A DNA stretch of 54,441 nt from an uncultured virus (IMG/VR IMGVR_UViG_3300027708_000036) (taxonomy: Duplodnaviria; Heunggongvirae; Uroviricota; Caudoviricetes), in IMG/VR virus record IMGVR_UViG_3300027708_000036. One strand, written 5' to 3'. This document shows, one piece after another, positions 46,989-54,441 of the stretch (position 1 is its first letter; each line of letters starts with the position of its first letter). The notes below the pieces were generated by a model, which saw nothing but the letters and a program-made list of their open reading frames with translations, was not told the origin of the DNA and did no database searches. Position numbers and translations under genes: made by a program.

Positions 46989-48214
46989 GTGCGGTAGTTA
47001 TTTCTGGCGATACAAGTGGTTCAGTAACCCTACAAGCACCTACGATTTCTGGTGCAACAACACTAACATTACCTGCAGTTTCTGGTACAGTACTACAATC
47101 TGGTACTACAGTTACTGAAGCACAAGGTGGTACTGGTACAACTACTGGTTACTACGGATTTAAGAACCGCATCATCAATGGTGCGATGGTAATTGACCAG
47201 CGTAATGCGGGGGCTAGTGTTACTGCCAACACAGGAAACCCTTTTACAGTCGATAGATGGGCGATTATTTCTTCTGTAAATAGTAAATTTACAGCACAGC
47301 AAAATGCTGGCTCTGTCACACCACCAGCAGGATTCACTAACTACTTAGGTATAACATCTTCTTCTGCTTATACAGTGGGGGCTTCTGAACAATACCTGAT
47401 TAGGCAACAAATTGAAGCATATAACGTAAATGATTTGGCTTGGGGAACAGCCAATGCCAAAGCAGTAACTTTGTCGTTTAAAGTTTATTCTTCATTAACA
47501 GGCACTTTTGGCGGGACTCTTTTTAATTACAACGGTTCACGCAACTACCCTTTTTCATACACAATTTCATCTGCAAATACATGGACATCAATTAGTGTAA
47601 CTATTGCTGGCGATACATCAGGAACTTGGGCTGGAACTAATGGCGCTGGAATTGGTGTCCAGTTTGGACTTGGTGTTGGTTCAACATTAAGTGGAACTGC
47701 TGGTTCTTGGTCAGGGACTTATTATGGTTCATGCACAGGTGCAACATCCGTAGTAGGAACAAACGGTGCAACCTTCTATGTGACTGGTGTGCAATTAGAG
47801 GTAGGCAGTACCGCAACATCGTTTGATTACAGACCTTATGGTACTGAGTTAGCACTATGTCAAAGATATTTTGTTAAAACATTTAACTCTTCTGTCGCCC
47901 CTGCTCAAACTATACCAGATCAAGTTGGTGCAATTTGTGGATCTGTTCGTGCATTCGGTGGAGCATCTGGAAGCAGTTGGGAACCTCAAGGTCAATGGTG
48001 TTACCCTGTTGAACTTAGAGCATCGCCTACAGTTACTTTATATGGAACATACGCTGGAAGCGGTCAATGGTCAAACAGCGGAAACACAACTTCATCAAAT
48101 GCTCGTGTTCAAAATGCTGGAACTAGAAATGCAACAATTGACAATACTGGTAACACAGTTGCTTTTGGTTCTAACTCTCCTTTTATTCACGCTACTGCTT
48201 CAGCGGAGTTATAA
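46985..48214 (+). CDS. Putative fibre/adhesin, NRIINGAM family copy 5
   Basis: Same motifs; distinct N-terminus SGDTSGSVTLQAP. Confidence 0.75.
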   Translation: MSAVVISGDTSGSVTLQAPTISGATTLTLPAVSGTVLQSGTTVTEAQGGTGTTTGYYGFKNRIINGAMVIDQRNAGASVTANTGNPFTVDRWAIISSVNSKFTAQQNAGSVTPPAGFTNYLGITSSSAYTVGASEQYLIRQQIEAYNVNDLAWGTANAKAVTLSFKVYSSLTGTFGGTLFNYNGSRNYPFSYTISSANTWTSISVTIAGDTSGTWAGTNGAGIGVQFGLGVGSTLSGTAGSWSGTYYGSCTGATSVVGTNGATFYVTGVQLEVGSTATSFDYRPYGTELALCQRYFVKTFNSSVAPAQTIPDQVGAICGSVRAFGGASGSSWEPQGQWCYPVELRASPTVTLYGTYAGSGQWSNSGNTTSSNARVQNAGTRNATIDNTGNTVAFGSNSPFIHATASAEL

Positions 48215-48217
48215 CCT

Positions 48218-48367
48218 ATGTATAAATTAGTTAAAGATGTAAAATTTGTTCAGCGTTTATCAGATGGCGCTTTTATTCCAATGAGTCATGATAACTCAGA
48301 CTATAAAGCATACCTAGAATGGCTCGCTGAAGGTAACACTCCAGAACCAGCAGAAGGAACAGAATAA
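48218..48367 (+). CDS. Small partner protein copy 5
   Basis: MYKL...[30 protein letters not shown]. Confidence 0.78.
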   Translation: MYKLVKDVKFVQRLSDGAFIPMSHDNSDYKAYLEWLAEGNTPEPAEGTE

Positions 48368-49512
48368 TGGCTAGTATAATTTCGGCTGGCACGGCTACCA
48401 ATACTGCAGTAAGCATTACTGGTGACACTACTGGTGCACTTGCTCTTGCCACAAACAATGGTACTACTGCGTTAACGATTGATACCGCACAGAATGTGGG
48501 TATTGGTACTACTAGTCCTGCGGCAAGATTAGATGTTAGAACAACATCTTCAACGCAAGCCACCTTCACCAGAACAGGTCAATCTGCTGTTTGTTCAATT
48601 TTTCAAAGCACAGCAGACACGTATTTGTCGGCAACAAACTCAGGCGCATCTTTAATTCTTGCAACTCAAGACACAGAAAGAATGCGTATCACCTCTGCTG
48701 GATATGTTGGTATTGATCAGACAGCCCCAACCACCGTTTTTTGTGTAGGGGGTGGTATGGCTGGCGGTAGCGGTAATTGGGCTCACTTTAGAAATAATGT
48801 GGGTACATCAGCAAATCCCCCTGCTTCCGATCCATATGGTGTATATTTGGGATGCAATTATTCAGGCGGTAACAACGAAGGTAACATTGCATATAGAGGA
48901 TCTTTAACATTTGGTGCATGGGATGGATCTTCATATAGACCTCACGCTCAATTTGTTAACGCAGCAAGTCTTGGGGCTTCGTCTGGCGGACAATTACAAA
49001 TTAATAGAACTACCAATTCATATCAAGAATCCCTTAGCATAGGCACAAACAATACACAAGGTATTCATATAAATGAAACGAGCAATTCAAGCTCGATAAA
49101 TCTTGTTTATTTCACAAGACAAGTTTCAGGTACACAAACAGAATCAGGAAGAATTTATTGGGGTGGTTCATCAATAGCCTACCTGACTTCTTCAGACTAC
49201 AGATTGAAGAAAGATGTGTCACCAATGACGACTGGTCTTTCGACAGTTATGCAGTTGAATCCAGTAAATTTTGTATGGAAGCATAATAATAAGCCTGCCA
49301 ATGGATTTTTGGCTCACGAGTTGCAAGAACATTGTCCAGACGCAGTATCTGGTGAGAAAGATGCTCTAAATGAGGATGGTTCTATTAAGGTTCAATCTGT
49401 GGACACATCATTCCTCGTAGCCACACTAACTGCTGCAATCCAAGAACTCAAAACTATAGTTGACGCACAAGCAGTAGAAATCGCTGCACTCAAAGCAAAG
49501 GTAGGAGCATAA
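48367..49512 (+). CDS. Tail fibre with C-terminal peptidase S74 intramolecular chaperone
   Basis: NVGIGTTSP, ERMRI, SSDYRLK..GFLAHELQ..GEKDA..LTAAIQEL. Confidence 0.85.
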   Translation: MASIISAGTATNTAVSITGDTTGALALATNNGTTALTIDTAQNVGIGTTSPAARLDVRTTSSTQATFTRTGQSAVCSIFQSTADTYLSATNSGASLILATQDTERMRITSAGYVGIDQTAPTTVFCVGGGMAGGSGNWAHFRNNVGTSANPPASDPYGVYLGCNYSGGNNEGNIAYRGSLTFGAWDGSSYRPHAQFVNAASLGASSGGQLQINRTTNSYQESLSIGTNNTQGIHINETSNSSSINLVYFTRQVSGTQTESGRIYWGGSSIAYLTSSDYRLKKDVSPMTTGLSTVMQLNPVNFVWKHNNKPANGFLAHELQEHCPDAVSGEKDALNEDGSIKVQSVDTSFLVATLTAAIQELKTIVDAQAVEIAALKAKVGA

Positions 49513-49513
49513 G

Positions 49514-50275
49514 ATGGCGATTATTTTAGACGGAACTCTTGGCATTACAACTCCAGGTGGTGATACATCTGCAGTATCCTACACAACTCCTATTGTTAAG
49601 AGTCCATCATCATTAACACTACAGACTAATGGTACAACTACTGCAGTAACGATTGATACTTCACAGAATGTGGGTATTGGTACTGCCAGCCCTGGAATTA
49701 AAGTAGATGTCAATGGTGGTATGAGAGTTCAGTCTTTGAGTAATCCATCATCTGGTGCAGGTATGGAACTTGGATATGATGGTACACAAGGTGTTATCCA
49801 GATTTATAGCAATAGAGCAACACAAACTGGTGTTCCTTTATTAATTGGTACTGGACAGATTAAATTCCCTGCTACTCAATCTGCTTCATCTGATGCAAAT
49901 ACGCTAGACGATTATGAAGAAGGTGCATGGACACCTACTTTTTCATCGGTTTCGGGTTCACTAACTTCATATACATCTGGTGGTTATTATATAAAAATAG
50001 GCGGTCTTGTAACAATTTATGGATGGGTGAGAATTACAACGGCTGGAACTGCATCTGGTGGTGGAAGAATACTTAATCTACCATTTTCTGCATCTAATAT
50101 TACTGGTTATTATAGAAATCAAGGCGCATGTCAAGAAAGTCAAAATACTGGACTTGCTTATCAATTTTTTCCTGTTGATTCAGGTACTATTTACATATTA
50201 TCGCCTACAAACGGAGCAATTACTTGGACAGCAGGATATACATATCCGTTCCAATTAACATACCAATCAACTTAA
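49514..50275 (+). CDS. Putative tail fibre (TLDDYEEG C-terminal domain)
   Basis: NVGIGTASP; DDYEEGAWTP..YIKIGGLVT..NLPF. Confidence 0.72.
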   Translation: MAIILDGTLGITTPGGDTSAVSYTTPIVKSPSSLTLQTNGTTTAVTIDTSQNVGIGTASPGIKVDVNGGMRVQSLSNPSSGAGMELGYDGTQGVIQIYSNRATQTGVPLLIGTGQIKFPATQSASSDANTLDDYEEGAWTPTFSSVSGSLTSYTSGGYYIKIGGLVTIYGWVRITTAGTASGGGRILNLPFSASNITGYYRNQGACQESQNTGLAYQFFPVDSGTIYILSPTNGAITWTAGYTYPFQLTYQST

Positions 50276-50315
50276 TCGCCAACAATAAATAGTCCAATAA
50301 CAAAAGAGTAAATAA

Positions 50316-51560
50316 ATGGCAATCAGAAAAATAAATTCTAGAAGCATCGAAGATAGCGCAATCGCAGCAGCAGACGTTGCTGCTGGTTCAATCACTACTG
50401 CTAAAATTGCATCTAGTGTTACGTTGACAACTCCAACAATTGACACTATCACATCTGCTGCAGCCACTGCTCTAACTTTAAAGTCTGCTGGCACTACTGC
50501 GATTACTGTTAGCACAGGTCAATTAGTTGGTGTCGGTACTGCTTCTCCAACAAATACTCTACAAGTAGCTGGTGGTATTTCTGCCACTAGTTCTGCTCCA
50601 GCATTCCAAGCATCTGCTGCAATTATGGATGTTAGTGCTGGTGTTGCTCGTTTTAATGCTACTGGTGCAGACTCCTCTACTTATGGAGTGATGACTTTTA
50701 ATAGAGGTTCATCTAATGCTGGTTTGTTTCAAGAAAGTATGCGTATTTCCGCTGCTGGTAATGTAGGTATTGCAACTACTAGCCCTACGTCATCACTTGA
50801 AATTTACAGGGCTAATTCTTCAACTGGTTCATTAACTGATACATCGTTATTACTTTCAACAAGTGCCACTACTGGTCGTAAAGTAAATATTGGTTTTGGT
50901 TTGGGTGGTGGAGTTGCTAATACTTGTGCTGCAGTAATTGGATATGATGTTATAAGTGGAACAGGAGCAGGATACGGAGACATTTTCTTCTCTACCAGAA
51001 GTACCACTGCAGATAGTGTTCCATCAGAGCGTATGCGTGTAACCAATGATGGAACTATTAGAATTGGTATGCAAAACTTTGCAGCTGCCGTTTCTTCATC
51101 TAACTTTGGTATGTCTCTTAATAATACTAATGCTGGTTCTTACTCTTATGCATATAGTACGACTACTAATACTCATTGGGGTTTTGGTAATGGTAATGGT
51201 GGAACAGGTTCTATTCAAACGAATGGTTCAACAACATCATTCAATACAACTTCTGACCACAGATTAAAACAAAATGTTGTTCCAATGACTGGTGGTCTTG
51301 CAAGAGTTCAAGCACTAAAACCTGTCACATACAAGTGGAAAGTTGATGGTGCAGATGGAGAAGGTTTTATCGCCCATGAATTACAAGAAGTTTGTTCTCA
51401 TGCAGTAACAGGCGAAAAAGATGCAGTAGATGAAAATGGGGATCCAGTCTATCAACAAGTAGACACATCATTCTTAGTTGCTACTCTAACTGCTGCAATC
51501 CAAGAACTCAAAGTCGAGAATGATGCCCTCAAAGCCAGACTCGATGCAGCAGGACTTTAA
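50316..51560 (+). CDS. Tail fibre with C-terminal peptidase S74 intramolecular chaperone
   Basis: TSDHRLK..GFIAHELQ..GEKDA..LTAAIQEL. Confidence 0.85.
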   Translation: MAIRKINSRSIEDSAIAAADVAAGSITTAKIASSVTLTTPTIDTITSAAATALTLKSAGTTAITVSTGQLVGVGTASPTNTLQVAGGISATSSAPAFQASAAIMDVSAGVARFNATGADSSTYGVMTFNRGSSNAGLFQESMRISAAGNVGIATTSPTSSLEIYRANSSTGSLTDTSLLLSTSATTGRKVNIGFGLGGGVANTCAAVIGYDVISGTGAGYGDIFFSTRSTTADSVPSERMRVTNDGTIRIGMQNFAAAVSSSNFGMSLNNTNAGSYSYAYSTTTNTHWGFGNGNGGTGSIQTNGSTTSFNTTSDHRLKQNVVPMTGGLARVQALKPVTYKWKVDGADGEGFIAHELQEVCSHAVTGEKDAVDENGDPVYQQVDTSFLVATLTAAIQELKVENDALKARLDAAGL

Positions 51561-51578
51561 TCACTAGAGTCTCCAAAA

Positions 51579-51605
51579 GAGTCCCTCTTCCCGAGGGATT
51601 TTTAG
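51579..51605 (+). terminator. Intrinsic terminator
   Basis: GTCCCTC-TTCCC-GAGGGAT followed by a T run. Confidence 0.75.
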
Positions 51606-51655
51606 TTTTACAAGATTACAAAACGAATAAATAAGAAGTAAATTGGAGGATTTCA

Positions 51656-51991
51656 GTGGCGACTATTAGCAATCTTTTTGTGGATGCTGGAAGCGACTAC
51701 AGTAACATAATTACTGTTAGCGCAACTAACGGACAAGCACTAAATTTAAGTGGATACACTGTGGCTTCTCAAATGAGAAAGTCCTACAGTTCTTCCACGG
51801 CATATGCTTTTACTTCATCGATCTATGATGCAACTACTGGCAAAGTAAGACTCCAACTATCCGCTGCAGCTTCTTCAGCTATTCCCGCAGGGCGATGGCT
51901 TTATGACGTAGAAATAACTTCGGGGGCTGGAATAAAAACTAGAGTTGTAGAAGGAATTGTAACTATAACTCAACAAATTACACAAATATAA
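51656..51991 (+). CDS. Conserved small virion protein of T4-like phages
   Basis: GGAGG RBS with GTG start; LNLSGYT.ASQMRKSY, GRWLYDVEI, RVVEG. Confidence 0.78.
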   Translation: MATISNLFVDAGSDYSNIITVSATNGQALNLSGYTVASQMRKSYSSSTAYAFTSSIYDATTGKVRLQLSAAASSAIPAGRWLYDVEITSGAGIKTRVVEGIVTITQQITQI

Positions 51992-52242
51992 TGGTAGATA
52001 CAGTAGCAGTTGTTACCCCAGATCAAGCGTTATCGGTAGCAGTTTCCGAAGGTGTTCTTACACTTTCATCCACGAATTTAGCTGCACCTGCTGTTGTTGA
52101 TTCAGTTTCTAATATCGCCGATGTCGATATTATCACAAATGGTAAAGTAAACGGGTCTATACTGGTTTATAAAACATCAACAAATAAATGGACATCTTCC
52201 ACTGTTCTTGACGGACAGAATATGGAAGGTGGAGAATTTTAA
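51991..52242 (+). CDS. Hypothetical protein (ends MEGGEF)
   Basis: DVD...NGSILVY....KW. Confidence 0.68.
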   Translation: MVDTVAVVTPDQALSVAVSEGVLTLSSTNLAAPAVVDSVSNIADVDIITNGKVNGSILVYKTSTNKWTSSTVLDGQNMEGGEF

Positions 52243-52256
52243 TCGGAGAATAAAAA

Positions 52257-54441
52257 ATGGCATCAATAATTAGAATAAAGCGTTCGTCCACAGCAGGTAA
52301 TCCTACCACTCTTGCAGCTGGTGAATTAGCCTACTCAGCATATGCAGGCTCAGGTGGTAATCGTTTATACATAGGTATAGGCGCAGAAACAAGTGGTAAT
52401 GCTGCTAACCACTATGTAATCGGTGGTACTTACTACACTGGTTTAGTTGACGCATCAACTGCTGGTACTCTTACTACTAACGCATCGTCAATTCCAGTTC
52501 TTTCCTCAACTGGTACAATTGACAAGTGGTTAGTTGGTAATACTCAATTACTTGGTAATACACTAAGCACTACTGATACAAATGGTAACTTAGTACTTAA
52601 TCCAAATGGCACTGGCATGGTGCAAATTGCTGGTACTTGGACACTACCAAGATCAGCTGGCACTAATGGATATATCCTTACTACAAACGGTAGTAATACT
52701 GCTACTTGGTCTGCACCAGCATCTTCTAGTATCTCACTTGCTGGTGGTTCTGGTACTGGTACAGTTTCTACTGGTGGAACATTAACTATTTCTGCTGGTA
52801 ATGGTATTACCACTTCAGTTAGTGGCTCGACATTCACGATTTCTTCTATCGGTGCAGGTGGTTATACTTCTACTGCAACTGGTGCAGGAACTACTACTTT
52901 AACATATTCAAGTACTGCTAATCAGTTCTTTACTGGTTCAACTACTCAGACTGTTAAGTTACCTTCTACTACTACTCTTACTGTTGGTCAAGAATTCTTT
53001 ATCAACAATCTAAGCACTGGTGCTTTAACTATTCAAACCTCTGCAGCTGGTGCAATTACAACTGTTCCTGCTGGTGCAACTGCAGTATTTACTGCTGCTT
53101 CTACTAGCACAGAAACATGGGTTACTACTTTTGATGGTGCAGCAACAGTTACTGGTTCAGGTGATCTAGTTCTTTCTACTGGTGCAACACTTAACCAACC
53201 ATCGTTTGCTGGTCCAAGTTTTTCTTCTATCTCAAACAGTGGTGTACTAACACTACCAAATGGTAGTAATGATACTTTAGTTGCTCGTGCAACAACTGAT
53301 ACACTATCTAACAAGTCGATTAGTTTTGGTTCTAACACCATTACTATGACTTCTGCGCAGTTAGCCACTGCGGTTTCTGATGAGACTGGTAGTGGATTAT
53401 TAGTATTCGGTACTAGCCCAACACTATCTGCTCCAATCTTTTCTAGTATTGTAAATACTGGTACATTAACTCTACCAACTTCTACAGATACTTTAGTTGG
53501 TCGTGCAACAACTGATACATTCACTAACAAGACATTTAATACTGCTGCAACAGGTAATGTGTTCCAAATTAATGGAACAGGCATTACTGCTGTAACTGGT
53601 AGTGGTTCAGTTGTTCTTGCTACATCACCAACTCTAACAACACCTACTCTTGGTGTTGCAAGTGCTACTAGTATTAATAAAGTATCATTTACTACTCCTT
53701 CAACTGGTGCGACACTAGCATTAGCTGATGGTAGTACTCTTGCTACTGCTGGTGCTTATAGCATAACTCTAACTGCCACAGCAACTACTGGTGTTACTCT
53801 ACCAACAAGTGGTACACTGTCAACTCTTGCTGGTTCTGAAACACTAACGAATAAAACTCTATCCACTGGTGTAACTTATAATGGTAACACTATTGGCGTT
53901 GCTTATGGTGGTACAGGAACATCTAATGGTTCTATAACTGGTACTGGTGCACTATCATTTACTGCTGGTGGTACAAATACCAATATTAACTTGGTACCAG
54001 TTGGAAGTGGTACTGTTGATGTGGCAAGTGCTCGCATTACTTCAGTTGGCACTCCTACTCAAGCAACTGATGCTGCAAATAAAGGTTACGTTGATGCTGT
54101 TAAACAAGCACTGGATATCAAAGATTCAGTTCGTGTTACCACTACTGCTAACTTAACTGCAACTGCTTCTGGAAGTGGTGCTGGTAAAACACTTACTAAC
54201 TCTGGAACACAAGCTGCTCTTACTATTGACAGTATTGTCCTAGTTGTTGGCAATCGTGTTTTAGTTAAGGATCAAACTACACAAGCAGATAATGGTATCT
54301 ATACTGTTACCACTGTTGGTTCTGCTTCTGTAAACTGGGTATTGACTCGTGCAACTGATGCTGATAACTCTCCAACTGGTGAAGTTACTCCAGGAATGTT
54401 TACTTTCGTTGAAGAAGGTACTGTTGGGGCAGACAATGGAT
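52257..54441 (+). CDS. Long tail fibre protein (partial, runs off the window)
   Basis: GGAG RBS; MASIIRIKRSS..LAAGELAYS..RLYIG; Thr/Gly/Ser-rich; DAANKGYVD, RVLVKDQT..DNGIY, FTFVEEG; the terminal codons are in frame with the ATG. Confidence 0.85.
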   Translation, partial: MASIIRIKRSSTAGNPTTLAAGELAYSAYAGSGGNRLYIGIGAETSGNAANHYVIGGTYYTGLVDASTAGTLTTNASSIPVLSSTGTIDKWLVGNTQLLGNTLSTTDTNGNLVLNPNGTGMVQIAGTWTLPRSAGTNGYILTTNGSNTATWSAPASSSISLAGGSGTGTVSTGGTLTISAGNGITTSVSGSTFTISSIGAGGYTSTATGAGTTTLTYSSTANQFFTGSTTQTVKLPSTTTLTVGQEFFINNLSTGALTIQTSAAGAITTVPAGATAVFTAASTSTETWVTTFDGAATVTGSGDLVLSTGATLNQPSFAGPSFSSISNSGVLTLPNGSNDTLVARATTDTLSNKSISFGSNTITMTSAQLATAVSDETGSGLLVFGTSPTLSAPIFSSIVNTGTLTLPTSTDTLVGRATTDTFTNKTFNTAATGNVFQINGTGITAVTGSGSVVLATSPTLTTPTLGVASATSINKVSFTTPSTGATLALADGSTLATAGAYSITLTATATTGVTLPTSGTLSTLAGSETLTNKTLSTGVTYNGNTIGVAYGGTGTSNGSITGTGALSFTAGGTNTNINLVPVGSGTVDVASARITSVGTPTQATDAANKGYVDAVKQALDIKDSVRVTTTANLTATASGSGAGKTLTNSGTQAALTIDSIVLVVGNRVLVKDQTTQADNGIYTVTTVGSASVNWVLTRATDADNSPTGEVTPGMFTFVEEGTVGADNG

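Noticed and set aside
33605..48214. Diversity-generating retroelement (TR/VR pair) behind the fibre repeats
   Set aside because: No reverse transcriptase in the window, all repeat copies lie inside coding genes, and the mismatches are not adenine-specific.
33064..51560. Invertase/shufflon-type switching
   Set aside because: All cassettes are on the same strand, each has its own start codon, and no recombinase or inverted crossover sites were seen.
52544..54156. ORF-track ORFs at 52544, 53033 and 53947
   Set aside because: Antisense or off-frame shadows of the long fibre gene starting at 52257, which the track omits because it has no stop within the window.

Overview
A 54.4-kb, AT-rich, gene-dense segment of a large T4-like myovirus genome. 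The host is probably a proteobacterium, possibly a betaproteobacterium, inferred only from the IscU sequence and the tmRNA tag. 1-6.8 kb is an accessory/host-takeover region: iscU, an iscA/erpA-type carrier, a PD-(D/E)XK exonuclease, a circularly permuted two-piece tmRNA (tag ANDAQFALAA), an outer-membrane beta-barrel, GroES, a SleB-type hydrolase, a ClpP-like protease, a GP88-like Cys-motif protein and a nuclease-like ORF, with several consensus sigma70 promoters. 6.8-8.7 kb holds gp33, gp59 and gp32. 8.8-13.9 kb (minus strand) holds a tape-measure-like gene, gp51, gp26, a displaced gp16-like gene, gp54, gp2 and gp4. 14-32.8 kb is the baseplate block: gp48, gp53, hub, gp5 with GH19 and M15 domains, PAAR, gp25, gp6, gp7, gp8 and a VrlC-like protein. 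33-54.4 kb is a long array of paralogous fibre/adhesin genes, most followed by a small cognate partner gene. Top observations: (1) a likely programmed -1 frameshift fusing gp26 to gp51 just upstream of the tape measure gene (U8 run with an internal GGAGG 10 nt upstream, lambda G/GT-like); (2) a modular adhesin array in which near-identical DNA blocks bracket variable domains; (3) a permuted phage tmRNA beside ClpP and GroES; (4) a leader pseudoknot with ACACA repeats. All family calls come from motif recognition and synteny; no database searches were run.
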